Source: Bacteroidales bacterium (GTDB lineage: Bacteria > Bacteroidota > Bacteroidia > Bacteroidales > JAAYJT01). Taken from it: a DNA stretch of 64,000 nucleotides. Positions 17,921 to 28,206 of the stretch are shown here, piece by piece. Location of the stretch: NCBI GenBank assembly GCA_049654165.1, contig JBASHR010000037.1, forward strand, positions 16,780 through 80,779. The letters are read 5' to 3'. The notes beneath the pieces were generated by a model, which worked only from the letters and a program-made list of their open reading frames with translations, was not told the DNA's origin and searched no databases. Made by a program: the position numbers and the translations under genes. Numbering within the stretch: position 1 is the first letter of the stretch; each line of letters starts with the position of its first letter.

Positions 17921-19393
17921 TTATCTTTTGCTATAATTAGGTGCCTCGCTTGTTATGGTGATGTCGTGCGGGTGACTTTCAATAACTCCTGCCTGAGTTA
18001 TTTTGATGAATTTAGCCTGTTGCAGCATTTCTATATTTTTTGAACCGGTGTAACCCATACCTGCTCTCAAACCTCCCACCAATTGATGAACTACTTCTGA
18101 CAATGTGCCTTTATACGGTACTCTACCAACTATTCCTTCAGGAACCAGTTTGCTGAAATCTTCTTCTTCAAACTGATAATATCTGTCTTTTGAACCCTTC
18201 TGCATAGCTTCTATTGAGCCCATACCTCTGTATTTCTTGAACTTTCGCCCTTCAAAAATAATAGTCTCACCCGGTGATTCTTCAACACCGGCAATCAAAG
18301 AGCCAACCATTACCGAATGCGCTCCTGCTGCTAGCGCTTTTACAATATCGCCGCTGTATCTGATACCACCATCGGCTATAATTGGTATACCAGTATCCTT
18401 TAGCGCTCTGCTAACTTCAAAAACTGCTGAAAGCTGTGGCACCCCAATTCCTGCAATTACTCTGGTCGTGCATATTGAACCCGGTCCTATGCCAACTTTC
18501 ACAGCATCAACACCGGTTTTAGCCAGAACACGTGCTGCCTCTGCGGTACCGATATTTCCTGCAACCAGTTGTAAATCAGGGAAATTATTCCTCAGTAGTT
18601 TTATTGCTTCAAGAACGCCTTTTGAATGACCATGAGCAGTATCAATGACAATAGCATCCACATCATTGGCAACTAATTCCTTTGCACGATCAAGAATGTC
18701 AACCGTAATTCCTACTGCCGCTGCCACCCTCAGCCTTCCTTTATCGTCCTTGCAGGCATTGGGACGAGCTTTGATTTTTATTATGTCTTTATAAGTTATC
18801 AGCCCTATTAATTTATTGTTTTTATCAACTACAGGCAGTTTCTCTATTTTATGCTTCTGAAAAATCTCTTCGGCTTTCTTAAAATCAATGAAACCGGTTG
18901 TGGTGATCAGGTTCTCAACTGTCATGATTTCAGCAATGGGGCGTTTAGGATTGGTCTCGAACCGCAGGTCACGGTTAGTGATTATTCCAACGAGCTTGTT
19001 TGCTTTGTTTACGACAGGGATGCCGCCGATTTTGAACTCAGCCATTATTTTAAGTGCATCGCCTACCAGAGCCTTCTCGTTAAGAGTAACGGGGTCAATG
19101 ATCATACCGCTTTCCGCACGTTTTACCTTGCGAACCTCAGCAGCCTGCTCCATGATACCCATATTCTTGTGTAACACTCCTATACCCCCTTCCTGTGCCA
19201 TGGCAATAGCCATCCCCGACTCAGTAACTGTATCCATAGCAGATGAAACAATAGGTATGTTCAGCCTTATATTTCTTGAAAACAGGGTTGAAGTATCGGC
19301 TTTGCGTGGTTGGACTTCTGAATAAGCCGGAACCAGAAGCACATCATCGAACGTAAAACCTTCGCCGATGAATTTTTCTTTATCTAAAGACAT
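17921..19393 (-). CDS. guaB: IMP dehydrogenase
   Basis: 490 aa with the [11 protein letters not shown] catalytic loop, a tandem CBS insertion, and [17 protein letters not shown]. Confidence 0.95.
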
Positions 19394-19465
19394 AATGTGT
19401 TTTATTAATTGTTTGTTCCAAAATACATGGAAAACTAAATTTACAACTGCTTATTGCAGAAGGCG

Positions 19466-19473
19466 CAAAGGTA
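19466..19473 (-). promoter_or_regulatory. -7 element TAnnTTTG upstream of guaB
   Basis: The minus strand reads TACCTTTG, 73 nt upstream of the guaB start. Confidence 0.4.
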
Positions 19474-19542
19474 TGAAAAATTGCGTGCTGCAATTCAAAA
19501 AAAATGTTAATGTAAAATCCCAAATTCGTATCTGACGATAAC

Positions 19543-20769
19543 TCAACGTAAAAGCATTACTGATCCGCTAGTTGCAATTTTGCTTTTTCCGCTTTCCTCA
19601 AACATAAGAGTCCAGTTGTAAACACCTGCCGAACAGGCACTTCCTTTAAAAGTGCCATCCCATCCTTCCTTATAATCATCAGTTTCAAAAACAAGCTGCC
19701 CCCAACGGTTATAAACCTGAAGCAGATAACCAACAACATCCACAGGAGTTTCCTTGAGCATTATTTTAAATGTTTTGTTTTCCTCAATTGTTGAAGCTGG
19801 CCTGAAAGCATTTGGAAAAGCGCCGGTTATATCCACTGTTATTTCAGCGCTTGCAATTGTATCGCCCCAGCATGAATATAATTCAGCACGATATTTGGTT
19901 GTTTGCTTAGGTTTTACACTGATATTATAGTTCGAGCCAATTTCAGTTTCATTACCTGATTCATCAACTTCATACCATACTATATACTCCGGAACCGGAT
20001 GGGGAGCGAATTCAATCATTTCGTAATCGTAGTTTACATCATCTTCTTCAGGAGTAAATATAAACGACTGCTCTTGTATTGGAGTCCATGGTTCATTATT
20101 CATTCCAATAACGGCAGTAAACTGTATCCAGTCTGACACAATGCCCATAGTAGCATTCCCGCCATGATCTTCTGATTTGGGTATATTTACCAGATGAATG
20201 GAAATTTCGTCTTTGTTGTTTAACACTATCTGGAATGTTCCTGTGGGATTGGCTGGATCAGCGGGTCTATTAATAGGCGAATCACACCATGTTACACAAA
20301 GGATACTAACAGTATCTTCAACAGTACGATAAACGCTTACACTTTTATCACTAACAGGCTCCCAAACCATGAAGCAGCCATGTATGCTATTTTGAAATCG
20401 TTCAGCATCTCGAAAGGGGATCTCTTTATTAGGATAGCGTATTGGAAAGCCGAGTGGTTCATTAAAAGTTATAAAACCAGTTGGTGAAATATTAAATATG
20501 TCCTTATTCTCACCATAATACTTAAAATTAAAACCCACCGGAAACCCTACTCCATCATTGCCGTATGATTCGTTGTCTTTAAAAGATACATATTCAATAC
20601 CAAGTTGCTCAAAATTAGTACTTAGGTTCAAAGTCATGCCTTCGATTATAAATACGGTGTCGTTCAATGTATCACCGTTTCTGCCAACAATGAAAAAATT
20701 AAAATCCTGACTAAAAACTGAACCTGACAGAACTATACTTAAAAGGAGAATTAAAATTCGTTGGATCAT
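19543..20769 (-). CDS. secreted protein with T9SS type B (gliding-motility-associated, CHU_C-like) C-terminal domain
   Basis: 408 aa. Signal peptide MIQRILILLLSIVLSGSVFSQ. C-terminal FPNAFRP...VYNRWGQLVFET...WDGTFKG...GVYNWTL. Confidence 0.7.
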   Translation of the reverse strand: MIQRILILLLSIVLSGSVFSQDFNFFIVGRNGDTLNDTVFIIEGMTLNLSTNFEQLGIEYVSFKDNESYGNDGVGFPVGFNFKYYGENKDIFNISPTGFITFNEPLGFPIRYPNKEIPFRDAERFQNSIHGCFMVWEPVSDKSVSVYRTVEDTVSILCVTWCDSPINRPADPANPTGTFQIVLNNKDEISIHLVNIPKSEDHGGNATMGIVSDWIQFTAVIGMNNEPWTPIQEQSFIFTPEEDDVNYDYEMIEFAPHPVPEYIVWYEVDESGNETEIGSNYNISVKPKQTTKYRAELYSCWGDTIASAEITVDITGAFPNAFRPASTIEENKTFKIMLKETPVDVVGYLLQVYNRWGQLVFETDDYKEGWDGTFKGSACSAGVYNWTLMFEESGKSKIATSGSVMLLR

Positions 20770-20857
20770 AAAATTCCTGTATTGGATATGAGCAGCAAAA
20801 TTAGCAAAATGAATTGAAAATCAATGAGGATTTTTTAACTGTAACCCCGAAAATTAA

Positions 20858-20865
20858 TAACTTTG
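20858..20865 (+). promoter_or_regulatory. -7 element TAnnTTTG upstream of prfA
   Basis: TAACTTTG followed by cacc, 29 nt upstream of ATG 20894. Confidence 0.5.
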
Positions 20866-20893
20866 CACCCATTTTTTTAAAGATTTTAATTTT

Positions 20894-21967
20894 ATGCTTG
20901 ATAAGTTAGAAGCTCTTCATAATCGCTGGAAAGAAATTGAACAGCAGCTTAATGAACCTGATGTAATGAGCGACATGAAGCGTTATGTTAAACTTAACCG
21001 CGATTATAAAGACTTACAACCTGTTGTTGAAAAATATTTGCGCTTTGTAAAACTCGAAAATGATATAGCATCGGCGAAAGAAGTGCTATATAACGAGAAG
21101 GATGAAGAATTCAGGGCTTTGGCAAAGGAAGAGGTTCAGAACCTTACTGAAGAAAAGGATGTGCTTGAGGAAGAAATAAAAATATTGCTTATACCTTCTG
21201 ATCCGCAGGATACTAAAAATGCCATCCTTGAGATCAGAGCTGGAACCGGTGGAGACGAGGCAAGTATTTTTGCCGGCGATCTTTTCAGAATGTATACAAA
21301 ATATTGCGAAACCAAACGCTGGAAGATTGAACTGGTTGATTACACTGAAGGTACGGTGGGCGGTTATAAAGAAATAATTGCAAATGTTACCGGCGAAAAA
21401 GTTTATCGTGAACTAAAATATGAGTCGGGCGTGCATCGTGTTCAGCGTGTTCCTCAGACTGAAACCCAGGGCAGGGTTCACACTTCGGCAGCTACAGTTG
21501 CAGTACTACCCGAAGCCGATGAGTTTGATGTTGAGTTAAAAGCTGAAGATATTCGAAAAGATACTTTCTGTTCATCAGGACCAGGAGGTCAGTCAGTTAA
21601 CACAACATATTCGGCTGTGCGTCTGGTGCATATTCCTACAGGAATAACTGTTCAATGCCAGGACCAGAAATCGCAGATCAAGAACTATGAAAAGGCTTTG
21701 TCAGTACTGCGCACGCGTATTTATGAACAGGAATATCAGAAATATCTTGATGAAATTACCTCAAAACGGCGAACTATGGTAAGTACAGGCGACCGCTCAG
21801 CTAAAATACGTACTTATAATTACCCGCAGGGCAGGGTTACCGATCATAGAATTGGTTTGTCAGTTTATAATCTGCCTGCGTTTATGGATGGCGATATTCA
21901 GGATATGATTGATGCATTGCAACTTGCTGAAAATGCAGAAAAATTGAAGGAAGCAGTTGAAGGTTAG
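20894..21967 (+). CDS. prfA: peptide chain release factor 1
   Basis: 357 aa with the GGQ motif (SGPGGQSVNTT) and an RF1-type tripeptide region (RVQRVPQTETQGRVHTS). Confidence 0.95.
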   Translation: MLDKLEALHNRWKEIEQQLNEPDVMSDMKRYVKLNRDYKDLQPVVEKYLRFVKLENDIASAKEVLYNEKDEEFRALAKEEVQNLTEEKDVLEEEIKILLIPSDPQDTKNAILEIRAGTGGDEASIFAGDLFRMYTKYCETKRWKIELVDYTEGTVGGYKEIIANVTGEKVYRELKYESGVHRVQRVPQTETQGRVHTSAATVAVLPEADEFDVELKAEDIRKDTFCSSGPGGQSVNTTYSAVRLVHIPTGITVQCQDQKSQIKNYEKALSVLRTRIYEQEYQKYLDEITSKRRTMVSTGDRSAKIRTYNYPQGRVTDHRIGLSVYNLPAFMDGDIQDMIDALQLAENAEKLKEAVEG

Positions 21968-22031
21968 AACCGTTTTATAAATTATGAACCTTCTGGTGTT
22001 GGCTTAAAAATTTCATTAGACCTCGATATTT

Positions 22032-22862
22032 ATGACAAAAGATGAATTGATAAGTGAGATCAAACGCAAACGGTCTTTTCTGTGTATAGGATTAGATACC
22101 GATATTGAGAAAATCCCGAAGCACCTGCATAAACATTCTGACCCTGTTTTTGAATTCAACCGACAGATAATTGATGCTACTCAGCATCTTTGCATTGCCT
22201 ATAAACCCAATCTTGCTTTTTATGAAAGTCAGGGCATTAAAGGATGGCAAAGCTTGTCAGGGACAATTGACTATCTCAGAAATAATCACCCGGAGATTTT
22301 CACCATTGCCGATGCTAAACGCGGAGATATTGGCAACACTTCATTGCAATATGCCAAGGCCTTTCTCGACGACACAAATGGTTTTGGGTTCGATGCCATT
22401 ACTGTTGCTCCATACATGGGTTCCGATTCAGTAAAACCATTTTTGCAATATTCCGGAAAATGGGCTATTGTATTAGCTCTTACTTCAAACAAGGGAGCTG
22501 AGGACTTTCAGTTTCAGGTACTGGAAAATAATGCGAAACTTTTTGAAGAAGTCTTAAGAACCACTGCCTCCTGGGGAAGTAGCGATAATATCATGTTTGT
22601 TGCCGGAGCTACTCAGGCGCCTATGCTTGCAGAAATTAGAAAAACAGTTCCTGATCATTTTTTGCTCGTCCCGGGTATTGGCGCTCAGGGCGGAAGTCTG
22701 GCTGAAGTGGTTCATTATGGTTTGAACCGCGATATTGGTTTAATAATCAATGCTTCGAGAAGCATTATTTATGCCGCTGATAATGAGAGCTTTGCCAATG
22801 AGGCAAGAAAAGCAGCAGAAGAAATTCAGCAGGAGATGAAAACATTTATTGATAAAATGTGA
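22032..22862 (+). CDS. pyrF: orotidine 5'-phosphate decarboxylase (long/type 2 form)
   Basis: 276 aa with LCIGLDTD, FTIADAKRGDIGNT and LLVPGIGAQGG. Confidence 0.9.
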   Translation: MTKDELISEIKRKRSFLCIGLDTDIEKIPKHLHKHSDPVFEFNRQIIDATQHLCIAYKPNLAFYESQGIKGWQSLSGTIDYLRNNHPEIFTIADAKRGDIGNTSLQYAKAFLDDTNGFGFDAITVAPYMGSDSVKPFLQYSGKWAIVLALTSNKGAEDFQFQVLENNAKLFEEVLRTTASWGSSDNIMFVAGATQAPMLAEIRKTVPDHFLLVPGIGAQGGSLAEVVHYGLNRDIGLIINASRSIIYAADNESFANEARKAAEEIQQEMKTFIDKM

Positions 22863-23044
22863 TAATATAAGTATCACGATTTTGAGTTTTCATTGAGCAG
22901 CCTGTAATATGTTTTATCATTTACCGTACAAGCCGGAATCTTTGTTATCAGATGCGGGTTTAGGGTTATGACATAATTATCATATTGGTGTTTGAATTAT
23001 TCAGGTTATACATGTGATATATCAGAATACGCAAAAAAATAAGC

Positions 23045-23947
23045 ATGGCTCATACACATAAGCACGATCATACAGATGTCCATCCGCTGAAATACCGTAA
23101 AGCTTTCGCCATAGGAATAGGCTTGAATATCTTATTCGTTATTGTGGAAGTCATTTATGGATTTTTAGCCAATTCATCGGCTTTATTAGCTGATGCCGGA
23201 CATAATATCAGCGATATACTTGGACTGGCATTTGCGTGGGCTGCTGCATGGATGTCAACGTTAAAGCCAGGTGGGAAATACACCTATGGACTTCGTAAAA
23301 CCACTATTTTGGTTTCGCTGCTTAATGCTTTACTGCTGTTTGGTGCAGTGGCAATTATAGCCCGCGATGCCATTCATAAATTAATTGAACCTGAGCCGGT
23401 AGGTGGAACCCAGGTTATGATAGTTGCTGCTATTGGCGTGGTTATCAATACATTTACAGCTTTATTGTTTATCAGGGGGCAAAAGGAAGATATTAACGTA
23501 AAGGGAGCTTTTTTGCATATGGCTGCCGATGCGGGTGTTTCGCTCGGAGTGGTGGTATCAGGTTTATTGATAAATATTACCGGAATACTATGGATTGACC
23601 CTATTACAAGTTTTATAATTATTCTTGTGATTCTGTGGGGTACGTGGGGTTTATTTATTGATGCAATTAATCTGGCACTCGATGCAGTCCCAAAACATAT
23701 TGATATTGAACAGATAAAGAATTATTTGTTGAACAGAGAAGGTGTCAAAAACATTCATGACCTGCATGTATGGGCTTTGAGCACAACTCAGGTAGCGCTG
23801 ACTGTGCACGTTGTAACTGATGAACAGAAAAATGATGAATTCATTCAGGAACTTCAGAAAGAGCTTAAAAACAAGTTTGGGATAAGTCATACTACAATTC
23901 AGTTAGAAAGGAATATCATTGAAACTGAATATGATTCAAAATGCTGA
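23045..23947 (+). CDS. cation diffusion facilitator (CzcD/ZitB-like) metal efflux transporter
   Basis: 300 aa. His-rich N-terminus MAHTHKHDHTD, LLADAGHNISD, HMAADAGVS, and a C-terminal cytoplasmic domain (IHDLHVWALS). Confidence 0.9.
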   Translation: MAHTHKHDHTDVHPLKYRKAFAIGIGLNILFVIVEVIYGFLANSSALLADAGHNISDILGLAFAWAAAWMSTLKPGGKYTYGLRKTTILVSLLNALLLFGAVAIIARDAIHKLIEPEPVGGTQVMIVAAIGVVINTFTALLFIRGQKEDINVKGAFLHMAADAGVSLGVVVSGLLINITGILWIDPITSFIIILVILWGTWGLFIDAINLALDAVPKHIDIEQIKNYLLNREGVKNIHDLHVWALSTTQVALTVHVVTDEQKNDEFIQELQKELKNKFGISHTTIQLERNIIETEYDSKC

Positions 23948-24056
23948 AAAACTGATTATTTCAGTATGTTTATCTTAGTTTGATATCCAAATCTGATTTT
24001 GTTTTTTAATTTTACAGAATAACATAAATTTCGAAATTCTGTCTTAATCCAAAATT

Positions 24057-24419
24057 ATGAAACAGAAAATATTAATCATCATCAATGATGCGCCATACGG
24101 AAGCGAAAAGGCTTATAACGCATTACGCCTGGCAATGACTTTACAGAAAGAACATCAGGACAAAGTTGAAATAAGAATTTTTTTACTTGCTGATGCCGTT
24201 TTTTGTGGTTTGCCCAATCAGAAAACCCCTGAAGGATTTTATAATATCGGAAGAATGATAAAATCAGTTATTCAGAAAGGCGGAGAAATAAAAAGCTGCG
24301 GCGGTTGTGCTGAGGCTCGTGGAATTGCCGATATGAATTTTATTGAAGGCGTCAGGCTTAGTAATATGAAGGAGTTTACACTGTGGACTGTTGAAAGTGA
24401 TAAAGTTATTACATTTTAA
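24057..24419 (+). CDS. DsrE/DsrF-like family protein
   Basis: 120 aa. ILIIINDAPYGSEKAYNALRLA and a C-terminal CGGC...ARG pattern typical of DsrE-fold proteins. Confidence 0.7.
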   Translation: MKQKILIIINDAPYGSEKAYNALRLAMTLQKEHQDKVEIRIFLLADAVFCGLPNQKTPEGFYNIGRMIKSVIQKGGEIKSCGGCAEARGIADMNFIEGVRLSNMKEFTLWTVESDKVITF

Positions 24420-24534
24420 TGTAACTGCCAATTATTTTGATTCAAATATCGAGCATACAGAGTCGTCAGAAATGAGGGTTTGATTATAGTTTCATTTATT
24501 CAAAGGGATAGTGTTTTATGAACAATGCTCGATG

Positions 24535-25554
24535 CAGGCACTTCGGAAACCTCAACGCCCGGGGTTAAAAATCCCTCAAAGTGCAAAATCTCATAGATTA
24601 TTTAATCCCGTAGGGTCGCAGACCCTTACGGGATGATATGTTTATAGAAAATAGAACAAATTCCAATCTCAAAGCCCCGTAGGGGCGAAATAATCTTTTT
24701 CAACACCCGCCGGGAATTGATTGTCAAATTATTATGAATAAGAACGGGCTAAAGCCGGTGGCAGCTCATAATCATATCATTATGAATAAAACTCTCCGGA
24801 CTTTCTCCCAACCATTAAAGAATCTGTAAGGTCCTAATATTCCGGCGCTTCGAGAGCCTCAGAGCCCGGGGCTAAAAATCCTATATCAATCCCGTAGGGT
24901 TGAAGACCATTAAGGGATGAAATTATTATACTTTCGGTAGTTCTATTTGTCATTAGTAAACCCCGAAGGGGTGATATGTTTGTAGAAAATAAAACAAATC
25001 TCATCCCTAAACCCTGAAGGGGTTTAATAATAAATGAATAATGAATAGGAACGGGCTAAAGCCCGTTTGTTAAATATGATTTCCCCTAATCCACCGGCTT
25101 TAGCTGAAAATAATTGTTATTATCTCCAAAATACATTTTTGAACCATTTTGGCTAAAGCCAATATATTGAATATCCTCTTTTCACCACCGGCTAAAGCCG
25201 GTGGCAATTCATAATCATACCAATATGAATGTGATCCCTGGACTTTCACCCCACCATCAAAGAATCTGTAAAGATATAATATTCCGGCGCTTCGGGAACC
25301 TCAGCGCCCGAGGCTAAAAATCCCGTAGGGTTGCAGATCCTTAAGGGACTAATTTATTATAATTTCGGTAGTGCTATTTGTCATTAGTAAACCCCGAAGG
25401 GGTGATATGTTTGTAGGAAATAAAACAAATTCCAATCCTAAGCCCCGTAGGGGCGAAATAATCTTTTTCAACAACCGCTGGGAATTGATTGTCAAATTAT
25501 TATCAACAGGAACCGGCTAAAGCCGGTGGAAGCTCATAATCATATCATTATGAA
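24535..25554. repeat. mosaic array 1 of GC-rich hairpin modules (BIME/REP-like), with internal direct repeats of about 150 and 220 bp
   Basis: There is no ORF of 60 aa or more in the 1146-bp gap between two convergent gene ends.

Example stems:
- ccaccggc-taaa-gccggtgg (25185-25204)
- ggcgct-N11-agcgcc (25286-25308)
- atcccgtagggtc/gacccttacgggat (24605-24634)
- gcccc-gta-ggggc (24674-24686)
- acgggc-taaa-gcccgt (25051-25066)

Hand alignment gives two direct repeats. 24635-24786 matches 25404-25554 with about 13 differences. 24768-24999 matches 25210-25430 with one 13-bp indel. Confidence 0.85.
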
Positions 25555-25564
25555 AGGACAAAAA

Positions 25565-26107
25565 CTAAAACGGACTTACAAACTCACTAAAAAAAGGTGA
25601 ATTTTTGTCTTTTTCTGATAAAATTGGATCTTCTATACCCCAGTTAATTGCAAGCTGAGGGTCGTTCCAGCGGATTGCCATTTCTGATTCTTTATTATAA
25701 AAAGCAGTGCATTTATAAAAAAAGACCGTATCATTTTCAAGTGTCAGAAATCCATGGGCAAAGCCTGGCGGAACCCAGAACATCCATTTATTTTCTTCGG
25801 TAAGGATAGTAGAAACCCACTTTCCATAATAAGGGGAGTTTTTTCTTACATCCACCACTACATCCAGCACTGCTCCCTTTACCACTCTTATAAGCTTTCC
25901 CTGTGCAAAGGGAGGTTTCTGAAGATGCAAACCGCGAAGAACTCCTTTCTGTGATTTCGATTCATTATCCTGAACAAAAGCAAAGTCAATACCGGCTTCA
26001 CGATAGCGTTCGGAATGAAATGATTCAAAAAAATATCCGCGTTCATCCCTGAAAACAACAGGTTTAATGATCAGCACATCAGGAATTCCAGTTTTAATAA
26101 TTTCCAT
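25565..26107 (-). CDS. rfbC: dTDP-4-dehydrorhamnose 3,5-epimerase
   Basis: 180 aa with RGYFFESF, VQDNESKSQKGVLRGLHLQ and VPPGFAHGF. Confidence 0.9.
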   Translation of the reverse strand: MEIIKTGIPDVLIIKPVVFRDERGYFFESFHSERYREAGIDFAFVQDNESKSQKGVLRGLHLQKPPFAQGKLIRVVKGAVLDVVVDVRKNSPYYGKWVSTILTEENKWMFWVPPGFAHGFLTLENDTVFFYKCTAFYNKESEMAIRWNDPQLAINWGIEDPILSEKDKNSPFFSEFVSPF

Positions 26108-26182
26108 TTCTTCGATTTAAAATAAATTCACTGATCATTAAAAAGCGTGCATCCGAAAGTCTGATTTTTCTCCGGCTACAAA

Positions 26183-27574
26183 TTACAGATGAATAACTTC
26201 ATCGTAGGCAGCAGCGGCAGCTTCCATAACTGCTTCTGACATGGTAGGATGAGGATGTATAGCCTTGATTATCTCTTCGGCAGTGGTTTCTAACTTGCGT
26301 GCCATAACCAGTTCGGCGATCATTTCGGTAACATTATCACCAATCATATGGGCTCCCAGCAATTCACCATATTTGGCATCAAAGATCAGTTTCACAAAGC
26401 CATCCTTACTACCCGAAGCACTTGCCTTGCCTGAAGCTGAGTAAGGGAACTTACCTATTTTGAGTTCGTAACCGGCTTCGCGAGCTTTTTGCTCTGTCAT
26501 TCCCACCGAAGCAACCTCAGGATTGGTATATGTACAACCCGGGACATTGCCATAATCAACCGGCTCAGGGTTCTTACCTGCAATTGCCTCAACGCAGACA
26601 ATACCTTCGTGAGATGCCAGATGCGCCAAAGCAGGACCCGGAACAATATCGCCAATGGCGTAATAACCTTCTACATTTGTACGATAGTACTGGTCAACTT
26701 TTATTTTTCCCTTTTCAACAGTTATACCTGTTTCTTCAAGGCCAATTCCTTCAATATTTGGTACAATTCCCACTGCTGAAAGAACTATGTCGGCTTCAAT
26801 TGTTTCATTACCCTTTTTGGTTTTAACCAGAACCTTGCAGACATCTCCGGTTTTATCCACCGATTCCACTGTTGAATCAGTCATGATCTTTATACCCATT
26901 TTCTTGAAGTTTCTGGCAAGTTGTTTCGAAACTTCTTCATCTTCGATGGGTAAAATATTAGGCATAAACTCAACGAGGGTTATTTTGGTACCTATACTGT
27001 TATAAAAATATGCCAATTCAGCTCCTATGGCGCCCGAACCAACCACCACCATTGACTTTGGTTGTTTTGTAAGGGTAAGTGCCTCACGGTAGCCTATTAC
27101 CTTTTTGCCATCCTGCTCAAGTCCTTTTATTTCACGACTGCGTGCACCGGTAGCCAGAATGATGTGAGAAGCTGTAAATTCCTGTTTCGAACCATCAGCA
27201 GCAGTAACTTCCACTGTTTTACCGGGTTTAACTTTACCGGTTCCGGCAATATGTTCAATTTTATTCTTTTTGAACAGGTACTGAATACCCTTGCTCATAC
27301 CTGCCGATACTTCACGGCTTCTTTTAACAATAGCTTCAAGGTCGGCAACAGGTTCCTGGTTCAGAGTGATACCATAATCGCCGGCACTTTTCATATAATT
27401 GAACACCTGTGCGCTTTTCAGTAATGCCTTGGTAGGGATGCAACCCCAGTTGAGGCATACTCCGCCCAGTTCTGATTTTTCGACAACAGCAGTTTTTAAT
27501 CCTAATTGTGAAGCCCTGATAGCTGCTACATAACCACCCGGACCACTACCAATAACAATGAGATCGTAATTCAT
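26183..27574 (-). CDS. lpdA: dihydrolipoyl dehydrogenase
   Basis: 463 aa. FAD-binding GSGPGGY, redox disulfide GGVCLNWGCIPTK, NAD-binding VVVGSGAIGAE, and C-terminal HPHPTMSE. Confidence 0.95.
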   Translation of the reverse strand: MNYDLIVIGSGPGGYVAAIRASQLGLKTAVVEKSELGGVCLNWGCIPTKALLKSAQVFNYMKSAGDYGITLNQEPVADLEAIVKRSREVSAGMSKGIQYLFKKNKIEHIAGTGKVKPGKTVEVTAADGSKQEFTASHIILATGARSREIKGLEQDGKKVIGYREALTLTKQPKSMVVVGSGAIGAELAYFYNSIGTKITLVEFMPNILPIEDEEVSKQLARNFKKMGIKIMTDSTVESVDKTGDVCKVLVKTKKGNETIEADIVLSAVGIVPNIEGIGLEETGITVEKGKIKVDQYYRTNVEGYYAIGDIVPGPALAHLASHEGIVCVEAIAGKNPEPVDYGNVPGCTYTNPEVASVGMTEQKAREAGYELKIGKFPYSASGKASASGSKDGFVKLIFDAKYGELLGAHMIGDNVTEMIAELVMARKLETTAEEIIKAIHPHPTMSEAVMEAAAAAYDEVIHL

Positions 27575-27663
27575 AATATTTTTACTTTGAGTTAGTTTGC
27601 GAAATTAAGAATTTTGAGGATTAACAAACCAAAGAATGGTTTTGTTTTTAATGTTTTATGTAT

Positions 27664-28206
27664 TTAATCCAGGTATGAGTTGTCAGATTCGATATATGAA
27701 CGGTATAGAATATAATGAATATGGCTGAGACTGCGGCTTATTCTGTGTCCCCAGTGAGATTTGAAAAGCGCTGCAATTTCATGTATGGCATTTTCTCGGG
27801 CAGCATGTAAATTTTTACTGTAGAGCAAAATAAAATCCTTACTGTCCTGATAAATATCGGCAAGATCTTCTGAGAGGCTGTATATATCCCATTCTTCATC
27901 AAAAGTGTTCGAACCGGGGTCAATAAAATAGAATATATCCTCATTCTCAAATTTGGCTCTCAGCATATTAAAAATATCCTGCCATTGTTCTTCGGTTACA
28001 TAACGTTCGTTTGCTTCAGGGTGCTCCACTTCAACCGCAGGTACGAGCGTACCTTTAAGGTACATAAACGGCAATACGCGGTTCAGATATTCAAGAATAT
28101 CGTCTTTAGTGTAATCCGAAGCTTTTTCAATGAAAATACAATACTCGTTGAGTACAGTGAACAACTCGATGACTGAAGGGCTGAAGATATTATCTGATTC
28201 GTTCAT
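27664..28206 (-). CDS. hypothetical cytoplasmic protein (DUF5063-like)
   Basis: 180 aa, acidic, no signal peptide. The DUF assignment is from memory and unverified. Confidence 0.45.
   Translation of the reverse strand: MNESDNIFSPSVIELFTVLNEYCIFIEKASDYTKDDILEYLNRVLPFMYLKGTLVPAVEVEHPEANERYVTEEQWQDIFNMLRAKFENEDIFYFIDPGSNTFDEEWDIYSLSEDLADIYQDSKDFILLYSKNLHAARENAIHEIAALFKSHWGHRISRSLSHIHYILYRSYIESDNSYLD

Noticed and set aside
18237-19325. Long ORFs antisense to or overlapping well-supported genes. Examples are 18237-18629 and 18888-19325 in guaB, 26489-27424 in lpdA, 29574-31874 in lon, 34067-34592 in rho, 3335-3646, 6982-7656, 41257-42753, 60392-61154 and others.
   Set aside because: They are shadow ORFs on the opposite strand or an alternative frame of genes with strong family motifs. 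They have low-complexity or odd composition and no recognisable motifs.
12575-19393. The guaB, three SurA/PpiD-like chaperones and moxR run as a possible novel system.
   Set aside because: The genes are individually ordinary, and to my knowledge this co-directional arrangement is a conserved housekeeping neighbourhood in Bacteroidota. Nothing in the sequence suggests a new function.
24734-25316. Small ORFs inside the repeat arrays, for example MNKNGLKPVAAHNHIIMNKTLRTFSQPLKNL starting at 24734 and MNVIPGLSPHHQRICKDIIFRRFGNLSARG starting at 25224.
   Set aside because: Homologous repeat copies differ by indels, so the reading frames are not preserved between copies. The conservation pattern follows the stems, not codons.
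24535-25554. Possible CRISPR array, given many short repeated GC-rich palindromic units.
   Set aside because: The units are heterogeneous in sequence and length and irregularly spaced. They are embedded in larger 150-220-bp duplications, there is no constant repeat alternating with unique spacers, and no cas genes are in the window.
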